DNA of 39,957 nt, taken from IMG/VR virus record IMGVR_UViG_3300020374_000009, positions 1-39,957 of that record; one strand, 5' to 3'. The translations under genes and the position numbers were made by a program. Positions 29,101 to 37,693 of this stretch are shown piece by piece. Source of the stretch: a virus (taxonomy: Duplodnaviria; Caudoviricetes). Numbering within the stretch: position 1 is the first letter of the stretch; each line of letters starts with the position of its first letter. The notes under the pieces were generated by a model, which saw only the letters and a list, made by a program, of their open reading frames with translations, made no database searches and was not told where the DNA came from.

Positions 29101-32100
29101 CTTTCTCTTACACTTAAAGTTGAGAAATTATTTACGTCAGTATCTGTAATTGGATTTCTTTTACTATCAGCGTTAATATTTAAATTAACAGGTGTTAATC
29201 TATAGAATAACTCATCAGGAGTATTTTCTGTCAATGACAAATCAACTCGAGCGGTAGTTGTGACTCCAACAGTTCCAACACCAACAACTTGGAATCCACT
29301 ATCTTCTTCATTGTTAAAATATGGATTTGTAAAATTAGGATCTCTGAAGAAATCTAAATCAAATATTTTTGTTTTCTTTCCAGAAACAACTTGTGTCAAA
29401 GAAGTATCCGATACTGCGAATCCAACTTTATATCCTTTGGTTACAGTAATAGGTGGGTTGACTAATGATATAGTATGACCAGAACCAGCAGATGTAATTG
29501 AAATTGTGCTTGGAACTAAAGTTTTAGATTTGAAATTAGTTTCACTTAACTTGAATGAGTTATCATCAATTCTAACTACAAAATATACATCATTATTGAC
29601 TAATGGTGAGGCTGGGCTTGACGATTTGTATATAACTTTATCGCCAGTTTTAAATCCATGATTATTCAGAGTAATTACAGATGTATCTGTGTTAACATTA
29701 GATGCACCAAAACTTCTTGGATTTATAACAGTTCTCTTAGTTAAATCATCATATTGCACATTATATGAAGTTGATATGCCTGGTGTTAAAGATATTGATA
29801 CAGAATCGTTTTGCAATAAATTATGATTTTCTTTACAAACAACTGTTCCTACAATTTTTTCAACAAAACCAGTAATCTCTTCTTTCTGTGGTGTAAAACT
29901 ATGTTTTACTCCAGTTCCTTGACTACTAAAGAAAAGTTGATAAGCAGTAGATCCAATACCAGTTACTGATCCTGTTGATCCTATACCTAATGCATTAGTT
30001 GATATTCCTAAGAAGTTTTGTCCCAAATTAATTGCAAAAACGGGAGAGTTATTCGGAAGAACGAAAGTTCCTAGTCCGTTATAAACTCTTAGTGATGTTC
30101 CACCATTGTTAGAGTATAAAAGTTTTTCTCCTGTTTTGAATCCATGATCTTCTAAGAAAATTTGTTGAGTACGAACAAAAGTTGAAGTTATTCCACTTGG
30201 TCTCCCCGATCTTCTACCAGAAACACCGAATGTATATACAATTGTATTACCAACTCCAACTCCAGCTGTTGAACCAACTGAAACAGTTTCAACTGGATTA
30301 AAATAACGTGGAATATTAATGTTTGTTATGATATTAGTGTTTATTCCAACATTAAAACTAATTGATCTGTTTAAAGCAGTTACAGTTGCTCCAGCACTAT
30401 GAGCTGTACCAAGAACTCCATCAAACTCTCGTTGAACTCTTACTTTTCCATTTACGTTATCAACATTCAAAACCAACATTCTTTCAGTTGATATACCTAA
30501 AATATCGTTTGAATTAATATTTCTAGGAGAAAAATCACCAGCTAAATCGATACTGGTCACAATTCCTGTAACACCTGTGGTTCCAACGCCAACGGTCAAA
30601 TCAAATGTTGCAGTACTAAATCCAATACGATGTTGTCCATCAAGACTTCTAAGAGTATCTGTAGATAACCCAGATACATTAATAACATCACCAATTACTA
30701 AACCGTGAGGTTGAGATGAAAGTCCAATAACATTTCCAGTGCGATTATCATAACTAAAGACAATATTTTCAATTTTTACTATTGTGGATGCGATTGATAC
30801 AATCTCTTTTCCATCAATAACTGATATTTTTGCAGAAAGACCGTTTCCAGAATCTAAGTTATTAATTAACAACTTTTCATTGACCTGATAACCAGATCCA
30901 GCGTTTAGTATTTCATATTGATTAATTTTGCCAGGCGAAGCATAATTAACTTCTATTTCCTGTAAAACTTTCTTTCTACTATCAAATATTCCCTCATATT
31001 CTGATCCAGCCGCATCAAGTTTGTATGGATTAGTATTTCTTGTCAAACTCAGAGTATTTAAATCAATATTTTGATTATTTGTTTCTACAAAGTTCCAATC
31101 ATCTGGTTTTGCTGCATAATTGGCACCAATTAGATAGGGAAATACTGGTGATCTGAAGTTCTTAAATGTTCCACTAGTCTCATTCTCATTTGGGTTGATT
31201 GTGGAAAAATAAGCGTAAGTTCCTTTTGGATAATCTGGTGTAACACAATATCTTCCATTATTTTCATCTAAATCTCCATTTGCAAGATATTCATAATCTT
31301 CAATAAAGAATCCAAGTGGGAACGTATTAATTGGAGGCCCATTCTCTCTTGTTGTCTTAAGAGAATATCCAGATCTCATAATTCTTACAGTACCACCATC
31401 TTTACGATCATAACCATAAGGCCCGTAAATTGGATTTCCGTCATAAGCCCATCCTATGATTGGAGAATGATTAAGAGATACCTGTTCTGCGTTGTTTAGA
31501 ATATTAAGATCATTTGATGTATAATCTATCGTTCCATCACTATTTTTTTGTTTTAATATTTTTCTTAATTCTCTAGGAACATAGAATGAAGTAAATTTAA
31601 TTCCTTCATCATTATCACCTCTTGTTAAGAAACCATCATCTCCGTAGAAGATATCTTCATATCTTTTAACGTTATTAACTGCCCAAGATTTAATTTTTGG
31701 TAAGAATACAACACCAGAGCCAGGTATAACCTCTTGAACTCCAACTAAAGAAGTTGTATATCCAACACCACCATTTTTGATGGAAACTTCACTAACTCTT
31801 CCACCGCTAATCGATGAAACTACTTTTGCACCAACACCATCACCCAAAATAGTTAAATCTGGAGTGGATGTGTACTCATCACCAGAACGAGTTACAATTA
31901 CAGATTGTATTTTTCCATTTGATACAATCGCCTTATATTCAGATGAAGAACCAGAAGAAACTCTAACGAGAGGTGGAATACTAAAGTTAAAGGTTGTTGG
32001 TGAACCATATCCAAGGCCAGGTCGTTCTACATTAATCGATGTTATTCTTCCTCTTACAATTGGATTTACAATCGCATGATAATTTTCTGGATGTGATGTA

Positions 32101-35100
32101 TTAATACCAATTGTACCTTTTACATTAACTTTAATTGGTGGATAGTTAAATACATGTTCTCCAGAACCAATTGATGTTAATCCAACAAATTGTTTACTTA
32201 AATAATTTGCATTTGATAATGTAGTACCAATTCCAGCAGATGCTAATCTAAATTGACTATCATTTATTTTTAAAACATAATAATCTTGCTCAGTATCTAA
32301 TCCCCCAATTGTAATTCCGATTCCTGTATGTGAATATTGAATAATTTCTCCATCTTCAAATCCATGATTTTCATATTCAATAAAATCTGAATATGTATTA
32401 ATGCCAGTTGTAGGAACTAATCTTCTTTTATTTTCATAACCCTCGCCTGGATTATCAATAATAATATCACCCAAAATAAGTTTTTGATTGACACTTTGGA
32501 ATCTCTGTGATCCATCAGCAAAACCTGTAATGTTGATAAGATTTGATTGCGTTAAAGCGTCATTCTTAGTATTAGCTAATTTAATTGTTGTTGCATTTGT
32601 TCTCGATACAAAATACACTGCTTCATCAACAAGTCTTTGATCTGGGTTATTTTGAATAAGAGTTGTAGTAATACCAGCACTTGCGATACCAATCGAACCA
32701 GTATTGAATGTTTTATAAATTACAGGTTCCCCATCTCTGAATTTATGGAAAGTTGAGAATCCAATCGTATCATTTGCGATGTTAATTGCATTACCTGTTG
32801 AAGACGCATCAAAATCAACGAAATGATCAATTTGTCTTAATCTTGGTCTTAGAATTGCATTCTTACCATTTCCTCCAGTAATTTCAATAACTGGTGGTTC
32901 TACATAGTCAAAACCAGAATCTTGAATATCAATTCTTTCAATTTGACCTTTTACAACAGCTGTTGCACTTACACCAGCACCAGCTAAACTCTCAACACTA
33001 ACTTTTGGTGGATTAATAACATCATATCCAGATCCACCTTCCAAAACATCAATTGATTCAACGCCGCCAAAGAAAATAACATCACCAGATTTGTAATTTG
33101 TTATTTCTGTTCCATTTACCAATATTCCAGTTGTGCCTGGTATAGTTTCACGTTGACTACCATCAAATGTAGGATTTAATGAAACTCTTTTTAATAACTT
33201 TTGATGTTCTAATTTCTTATTTGCTAAATCTGGAACAGATATCTTAAAAGTTCCATCACCTGTAGCATCTACAAAGTTCTCATTAATTAAATCTGGTAAT
33301 GAGTTTGCAAGACGTATATTATTAGAGTCGATACGACTTACATAATAATTTTTACCATTAATTAATTGACCAAGATATCCACTGGTTACATTAAATGTAA
33401 CAACTTCTCCAGAATAGAACCCATGATCCGCTGCACCCTCTGTTACCTGTATCAACTGTATAACGTCGCCGCCAGTGGCGCCAGTCCACGTTACAGAACG
33501 GTCTGGTGCAACTATAGGTTCATTACCTAAACTTGGGATTGATGGTGAAGTAATGTAAGCACTCCCAGTTTTATCATCATAAACGTTTTGAACATCAACC
33601 GTATATTTGGTAATGTTATCATGAATAGGACTATTACCTCTTTTTACTTTTCTTCGTATAAATGCAATTGTAAACTCATTAATGCCAGGCAAATCACCCA
33701 ATATAAATGTAGAACTACTAATTGTACTTAAAACTCTACCTAAACCAATCACATTTGAATTAGCGTCTAAAATTTCAACTGAATCCTCTTCTAGTAATTT
33801 GTGATCTGATTCTGTAACAATATTGAAACTACTTGATGATATTTTGGTAACTGTCTTTGGTGTTTGTTTTACAGTTGTATTATAAACCCAAGATCCAAAG
33901 TTAAAATCTTCAGAACTCTTATTAACACCAAATGTTCCAACACGAACTCTATCTCCCTTATTAAAATAGTAAGTTTCTTCTGGAATTGGAAAATCTTTAA
34001 GAACACCAGTGATTAAAACTTCAATTTTATTTGATCCACTTGCAAAAGAATATCCATATGCAACATTATTATATCTAACATCATCTCCAATACTTAAAGT
34101 GTCTACCATTGTAGACAAACCTACAAATTGATTAGTTGTTTTATTTGTATATGTTACAACTCCAGCAACACTTGCTGATGGTAATGATAAGGAACCACTT
34201 GTAGGGAATCCAACTGTAGTATCAACAGTAATTACAGTTGCGCCAATTGATACTGGATCAGTGATTCGAGTTCTGCCTGGAACTTTAAAATGTCCCTCAA
34301 TTGAATCTTTTGATACACTTATTTGATAATAATGTTCTCCACCATATACAAAATCTTTAACATCAGATATCGCACCAGAAGCACCAAGGATATTTTTATC
34401 ATTTTCGTCTAAATCTTGAAAAAGTGTAGATCCTTCTAAGTTTCTAGGATCTCCAGTGATTGATTTAACCACAAAATCCTGTGCAAAACCATAATCTGCA
34501 TCAGATGGTTTGATTAAAAAATCAGATGGTCTAATAATATTGACTTCTTCACCATATAATGCTCGAAATAAAATTTTATATGACTCATCGGTTCCCTTTG
34601 TTTTATAAAAATCTTTAATTTGTCGAATAAACTTAACTTGATCTAAATCACTATCTAATTTTCTACTCTCAAACCCACTTGCAAAGGTTGTTTTAAGTTT
34701 ACTGAAAAATTCACGAATAAAAAGATTTGATAAGTTATAAACTTTACTTCCACCAGTATGTGCAGCACCAATACTTGTATTGAATGATAATAGATCAGGC
34801 CTAGTTGGTTGATCCATATCATCAACACCACTAAACCCTCTTACACATCCTGTAAAGGAAGTAGATCCAATACCAGTGTATGTGATAATCTCATCATCTA
34901 TTTTTAGTAATCCATACTTATTTGGATAACCTTTTGTAGTATCAACATAAATTATATCCGAATATGACTCAGTGTTTGTTGATAATCCTGTATATTCAGT
35001 AAGTGCAGCGCCAACATATGTTTGTAACTTAGTATATCTGTCAAGATTCTCTGCGATGTTTATAGATGCACCTTGATATTCTTGGGAGATATAATATTGT

Positions 35101-35204
35101 TTCATAAAATCCACAAAAAGTGGACTTTCTGACTGCACAAACTCAGGTAACTGATTTTCAATTACCTGATTTATTTCGACTCTTTGTATGGAGGTATCTA
35201 TCAT
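23133..35204 (-). CDS. gp7: Giant baseplate wedge initiator gp7 (4023 aa) with many accessory repeats
   Basis: NQLPEFVQSESPLFVDFMKQYY; IKDFYKTKGTDESYKILFRALYG; IQDSEYYQNFSYSL...WKDPVNSLGHVVGF; lies between gp6 and gp8 with TAATG coupling to gp6. Confidence 0.88.
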   Translation of the reverse strand: MIDTSIQRVEINQVIENQLPEFVQSESPLFVDFMKQYYISQEYQGASINIAENLDRYTKLQTYVGAALTEYTGLSTNTESYSDIIYVDTTKGYPNKYGLLKIDDEIITYTGIGSTSFTGCVRGFSGVDDMDQPTRPDLLSFNTSIGAAHTGGSKVYNLSNLFIREFFSKLKTTFASGFESRKLDSDLDQVKFIRQIKDFYKTKGTDESYKILFRALYGEEVNIIRPSDFLIKPSDADYGFAQDFVVKSITGDPRNLEGSTLFQDLDENDKNILGASGAISDVKDFVYGGEHYYQISVSKDSIEGHFKVPGRTRITDPVSIGATVITVDTTVGFPTSGSLSLPSASVAGVVTYTNKTTNQFVGLSTMVDTLSIGDDVRYNNVAYGYSFASGSNKIEVLITGVLKDFPIPEETYYFNKGDRVRVGTFGVNKSSEDFNFGSWVYNTTVKQTPKTVTKISSSSFNIVTESDHKLLEEDSVEILDANSNVIGLGRVLSTISSSTFILGDLPGINEFTIAFIRRKVKRGNSPIHDNITKYTVDVQNVYDDKTGSAYITSPSIPSLGNEPIVAPDRSVTWTGATGGDVIQLIQVTEGAADHGFYSGEVVTFNVTSGYLGQLINGKNYYVSRIDSNNIRLANSLPDLINENFVDATGDGTFKISVPDLANKKLEHQKLLKRVSLNPTFDGSQRETIPGTTGILVNGTEITNYKSGDVIFFGGVESIDVLEGGSGYDVINPPKVSVESLAGAGVSATAVVKGQIERIDIQDSGFDYVEPPVIEITGGNGKNAILRPRLRQIDHFVDFDASSTGNAINIANDTIGFSTFHKFRDGEPVIYKTFNTGSIGIASAGITTTLIQNNPDQRLVDEAVYFVSRTNATTIKLANTKNDALTQSNLINITGFADGSQRFQSVNQKLILGDIIIDNPGEGYENKRRLVPTTGINTYSDFIEYENHGFEDGEIIQYSHTGIGITIGGLDTEQDYYVLKINDSQFRLASAGIGTTLSNANYLSKQFVGLTSIGSGEHVFNYPPIKVNVKGTIGINTSHPENYHAIVNPIVRGRITSINVERPGLGYGSPTTFNFSIPPLVRVSSGSSSEYKAIVSNGKIQSVIVTRSGDEYTSTPDLTILGDGVGAKVVSSISGGRVSEVSIKNGGVGYTTSLVGVQEVIPGSGVVFLPKIKSWAVNNVKRYEDIFYGDDGFLTRGDNDEGIKFTSFYVPRELRKILKQKNSDGTIDYTSNDLNILNNAEQVSLNHSPIIGWAYDGNPIYGPYGYDRKDGGTVRIMRSGYSLKTTRENGPPINTFPLGFFIEDYEYLANGDLDENNGRYCVTPDYPKGTYAYFSTINPNENETSGTFKNFRSPVFPYLIGANYAAKPDDWNFVETNNQNIDLNTLSLTRNTNPYKLDAAGSEYEGIFDSRKKVLQEIEVNYASPGKINQYEILNAGSGYQVNEKLLINNLDSGNGLSAKISVIDGKEIVSIASTIVKIENIVFSYDNRTGNVIGLSSQPHGLVIGDVINVSGLSTDTLRSLDGQHRIGFSTATFDLTVGVGTTGVTGIVTSIDLAGDFSPRNINSNDILGISTERMLVLNVDNVNGKVRVQREFDGVLGTAHSAGATVTALNRSISFNVGINTNIITNINIPRYFNPVETVSVGSTAGVGVGNTIVYTFGVSGRRSGRPSGITSTFVRTQQIFLEDHGFKTGEKLLYSNNGGTSLRVYNGLGTFVLPNNSPVFAINLGQNFLGISTNALGIGSTGSVTGIGSTAYQLFFSSQGTGVKHSFTPQKEEITGFVEKIVGTVVCKENHNLLQNDSVSISLTPGISTSYNVQYDDLTKRTVINPRSFGASNVNTDTSVITLNNHGFKTGDKVIYKSSSPASPLVNNDVYFVVRIDDNSFKLSETNFKSKTLVPSTISITSAGSGHTISLVNPPITVTKGYKVGFAVSDTSLTQVVSGKKTKIFDLDFFRDPNFTNPYFNNEEDSGFQVVGVGTVGVTTTARVDLSLTENTPDELFYRLTPVNLNINADSKRNPITDTDVNNFSTLSVRESEYNGTYAITGIGSTTFTFNIPKQPEKDGYTKNEAVILKYETASKTASGPINRIQFVSKGRGYRSIPVVTSIASTQGVGGIVRFNSTDIGNLKRYTTKNIGFDYSADKTIQPSVQLPQILRLDRLSTIANIGISSGGKNYLEPPRIIVIDRVTGQVNSEIVTRSELQGTSVSEVRILRNTNSLYDTNPKIVATNNNNGIKVKNLSFTSGTNVVALTLEGTYDSTTYPFTIGDKLYVENIGIGSTGSGYNSSDYNYDPFVITGVNTNPGGGNATVSYKLDSSVTSPGIFSGPSSSGQAIPFENIASFNIDIKPNQFSVGETVSTGDKEGTVVAWNENNKYLKVLSNDTFSVDELINGSSSKSIAIIEQTNKFDSTYEIDSNSEVRSGFRRETGKLNTELQKIQDSEYYQNFSYSLGSPVQYETWKDPVNSLGHVVGFKNFADVNIVSVASTDDKNRSNARVGVSSNVAVVVADLVSENESLHNTYDFDLVTENSKNIGGLFASDEINFSNKIITDYIESRTNRAISIDSVSSEFNDLPRATAFSDVFDFNINDIDGIKFYAMLFDTRFSGEKEIIQVNLLHDGSTGYMMKFGRVETAIDLGDFDFSVSGVIGNLRFLPAKSKFNNYALRLFAIETFKNTQTGISTLSLGTGYDIISTSAGIGSTDPSPVQVVGFGSTAITTSKLLVQTQELGGDQRTQLNELVVLNDSEEVYLLDYAQMTNDNLSITDSPSVGLGTFGADVRSGITSVYFTPVTGVGVTMRVHQVAIGGTATGIGSTLVSTTEVLTTTTNIASTGTPQPTRISGINSNTYSAFDALIELHDTTNDRYAVTQVTAIHDSITPYFTEFGYMDNFSDNPTSTSGIGTVGVGYSSASDGDIELRLTPPANTAITAKVFQYNFNETGTGGIGFVTFTDSRLKSVEGSYTGTENDIKFSFNMKHTGDSIFNKTFDSEDAAVVDVTNNTFIVNNHFFQTGEELSYDPIGSGTTMSIGIAATAISGIGVTSKMPPTVFAVKIAENKFKVARTAAEALQTVPKVLDLTAVGVGTTQAFTSTNLNSKVLVTLDNNIQSPVIQSPINVKLSFDVVSETDFITLTGISSFFSGDVIKVNDEFMKIDTVGIGSTNQILVRRGQLNSAIVAHSANDTVTKFLGNYQIVKDTINFTDAPKGSKGPAGLTTTSTFVGRVFTHTGIPGGTQETYTNNFVFDTVEDQFTGIATNFILKSGGSNVTGFATNTGVILLNEIFQNPNDDYNIVETTGITSVSFTGVGVTNNYDVNVSSVPRGGIIVSVGETTNFGYQSLVSAGGTAIVSAAGTVESVSIGNSGSGYRVGLQTNILVKAVTSSGIVTVGKANVSAGLVTSVTITNGGGSGFSSATPPDLEFDKPINYENMKLVGSATGIGASVSVRVGSASSIISFQITNFGYNYKIDDVLKIEEGGQAGILTDANKVVKDFELTVLDTFNDSFAGFTFGELEKLNSFEDLFDGNRRSFNLTKTIGAAETLITLRAAKGSPIRVEDNCLIFLNDILQVPFESYVFNGGSQVTFSEAPKSDDKVRIYYYRGSEHDVIEVDILETVKTGDKLTINKYPDIGLDDVFQQDPRTITGITTSDAVTTNTYIDAGITTVRTLERPVTWKKQISDVVVNNIGIGKDRVELEPGIRPTAYIIKSVSAGSSEMFVDTSVPLFNQVDDIAEVKQSVLILDRTTKTGVAATALVDGTGSISRIDISNGGSGFTRPPHVSIGVTAGIGTVHVGVAGTIGNATATATISGLGTVNSITVRNAGAGYTNTNPPLVMIEPESVTQDTLTSIKYDGDFGHIVGIATTSVAGVGTALQLDLFIPKDSVLRDTSVVGTAITVSGIGSGHYFTASETNIGSGLTSYENAIGTSPVGVGTSFIDNIYKVHSAKTIQGPVLGIGATTLRRVTVSVSSIEGLTVPVGVTTVINPLYYGKFSWGRLHDFIKEGTGAFTAITDDGITGIKTGPVIIRTRDLKESFT

Positions 35205-37258
35205 TAATATCCGCCAGAACCAGAACTATATGATCCACCACTACTAGTAGAAGTAGTGTTTGAACTTGATGATGTCATCGTGTTATTGTATGTGCCAGTT
35301 GACGAAGAACTAGTTGTTGACGTTGATGCAGCAGTTGATGGTAACACTGAATCAACAGTTGTAACTGCTGAATTTGAATTTCGAGTGTAGGTTGGTGTAT
35401 AATAACTATGAACATGAACAAAACGAGATCCAGAAGTATTTTCACCAGAAGCTATTAAGTCTTGAACCATATTAATTGTTGTATTTGACATATCAAATTT
35501 TACATATAAGTCTCTTAAACCAACAATATCATTTGAATGAGGGATTGCTTGAATTTCAATCACATTATTTGCAATGACTGTAGAAAGTATGTTCACAGTA
35601 TCTATAAGAACTTCTCCATGCATATAATCAACTGTCCCTGCATTTTTCTTAATTACAACTGGAGCTCCACCCTCCGTATATGTAAAGAAGAATATTCGAC
35701 CTTTATCCTTATCAATAACTTCATCTGCAAGATAAACAGTTCCAACAACTCCTTGCATTGTAAAACCAGTCGAAACAACGTTATAAGATTTCTCTTGAAC
35801 ATGGAACATGTTACCAAAACATACTTCATATTGAGCAAACTTACCAATTTCTGATATTAAATTTCTTCTTATTAAGACTCTAGTGATATTTGATGTAATT
35901 GATGAGTCAACACTATCAATAAGACTCACCGCCTTACTATATTTAAATCTGCCACCAAATTTATTAATATCAATTGAACGAGAATATTGAGTTAATGCAT
36001 TAGAAACACTTGTCTTTAAGTTTTCTGAGTCATCATTCAAATTAGGATTATAATACGCTGATGTTTGTAACTCAACATATAAGTACTTAAGATCGATAAA
36101 CTCTGGCACAATTCCAGCAACTGCGTAACTTTTTAATTTTCTAATTAAATCTCTTTTTGTTTGATCTGAAAGAAAATCACCATTTCGAGGTTTAACTGAA
36201 ATGAATACCTTTCCATAACGAGGTGGAGTCATTTCTTCACCACCATAAGCTGTCACAGACTCAACATTCGGGTAAATATAACCTAAAACTGATTCATAAT
36301 CTGAAGATGTCACTGCACGGTACTGAGAAGAGTAAATTCGAGGTGCAAAATACTTAATTGACGTTATGGATTCAATCTCATCACCGTCTCTTGACTTTTC
36401 ATCAGTCGAAACAAGTGATATAAGTCCAGAATTTATCGCACCACCGTCTTGATTTGTAATATTTCCTACAAAACTGAACTCAGAAGCACCATTTCCATCT
36501 TTTCCTTCAGTTACAATGTAAGAAACTGTAACAACGTTGTTATTTGATAACTTTTTACCAATTACATTGTCACCAAAAATCAATTCATACCTTTCATCTT
36601 CAATTTCTTGTAATAAGTAAGAAGATGAAGTTGATGTAATTCCAATAATGTTATCAATTTGTTTATATGTGACCGAAGATGTTGAAGATGAAGACGATTT
36701 AACCTTAACTTGAATGGTTGATGTATCAATAAACGAATTATCTAGAATATATCTCTGATTAAACAAGGAAGTATTAACAGTAAACTCTTGTGATACAAAA
36801 TTACCTTCATAAATCTCAATATTATTAAATTCAGCAACTCCATTTACAACCGCAACTGTAATATTCTCTGGAATACAGAATATGTAATTTGTATTTGTAC
36901 CAGAACCGTTACAAATGATACCAGAATTTAATGTAAGAGTTGAAGTCTCTGTTAGACCATCTACAATAAATGATACTCTTGCTCTTGCAGATCTACGAGA
37001 TCTTGGAACGTAACCAATATTTCTTGCCAATGCAACAACATTCTCTCGAAGTGTAGCGGAATCGAGAAAACACTCATTTGCTGCCATATTGGTATTATAG
37101 GCAGTTGTGTATGTATTATATGCTAATGCGTCAATAATTATCGAAAGGTTAGACCCTTCAAAGTCATAATCAGTGAAATTTGTATTCGCCTTCAGATAAT
37201 CTCTGATGGAGACTTTGATTTGATCAAAATCTAAATTAACGTATTGACCGAAAGCCAT
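35204..37258 (-). CDS. gp6: Baseplate wedge subunit gp6
   Basis: LDFDQIK...FTDYDFEGSNLS; FLDSATLRENVVALARNIGYVPRS; QYRAVTSSDYE; PPRYGKVFISVKP. Confidence 0.96.
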   Translation of the reverse strand: MAFGQYVNLDFDQIKVSIRDYLKANTNFTDYDFEGSNLSIIIDALAYNTYTTAYNTNMAANECFLDSATLRENVVALARNIGYVPRSRRSARARVSFIVDGLTETSTLTLNSGIICNGSGTNTNYIFCIPENITVAVVNGVAEFNNIEIYEGNFVSQEFTVNTSLFNQRYILDNSFIDTSTIQVKVKSSSSSTSSVTYKQIDNIIGITSTSSSYLLQEIEDERYELIFGDNVIGKKLSNNNVVTVSYIVTEGKDGNGASEFSFVGNITNQDGGAINSGLISLVSTDEKSRDGDEIESITSIKYFAPRIYSSQYRAVTSSDYESVLGYIYPNVESVTAYGGEEMTPPRYGKVFISVKPRNGDFLSDQTKRDLIRKLKSYAVAGIVPEFIDLKYLYVELQTSAYYNPNLNDDSENLKTSVSNALTQYSRSIDINKFGGRFKYSKAVSLIDSVDSSITSNITRVLIRRNLISEIGKFAQYEVCFGNMFHVQEKSYNVVSTGFTMQGVVGTVYLADEVIDKDKGRIFFFTYTEGGAPVVIKKNAGTVDYMHGEVLIDTVNILSTVIANNVIEIQAIPHSNDIVGLRDLYVKFDMSNTTINMVQDLIASGENTSGSRFVHVHSYYTPTYTRNSNSAVTTVDSVLPSTAASTSTTSSSSTGTYNNTMTSSSSNTTSTSSGGSYSSGSGGY

Positions 37259-37650
37259 TATACTCTAGCTGGGAATAGGAGAACGTCTACTTCTTGTGTT
37301 GGAGAGGGAATACCAACGATATCGTATTGAACCGTACAATCCATTTCGTTTGTATCTGGTGCAACTGATACAGTTACCTCAATATTGTCAATTCTTGGTT
37401 CATAATTGAGTAAAGATGTTCTAATTTCATCTTGAATTCTAATCTCACTCAAATTTGTGTTCAAATCGAACAAAGATTCATTAATAACTGATCCAAAATT
37501 AGGTTCAAATGGTTTTTCACCAAGAATTGTAAAAATTATGTTCTTAACAGACCTTTTAATAGCGTCTTCATCACGAATTGCAATCACATCATTCGTCACA
37601 GGGTGACGTTTAAACGATAAATTGATATCTTTGAATGCTCTAGAAGCCAC
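37258..37650 (-). CDS. gp25: Baseplate wedge subunit gp25
   Basis: FKDINLSFKRHPVTND; AIKRSVKNII; GEKPFEPNFGS; NYEPRI; GTG start. Confidence 0.95.
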   Translation of the reverse strand: MASRAFKDINLSFKRHPVTNDVIAIRDEDAIKRSVKNIIFTILGEKPFEPNFGSVINESLFDLNTNLSEIRIQDEIRTSLLNYEPRIDNIEVTVSVAPDTNEMDCTVQYDIVGIPSPTQEVDVLLFPARV

Positions 37651-37658
37651 TATTTACA
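37651..37658 (-). promoter_or_regulatory. Possible second late promoter variant TGTAAATA abutting the gp25 start
   Basis: One mismatch to consensus; immediately 5' of the GTG. Confidence 0.3.
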
Positions 37659-37676
37659 CAATTAGTTTGCTGTTTT

Positions 37677-37684
37677 TATTTATA
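37677..37684 (-). promoter_or_regulatory. Late promoter TATAAATA upstream of gp25
   Basis: Perfect consensus in the speD-gp25 gap. Confidence 0.85.
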
Positions 37685-37693
37685 CCACTTTTT

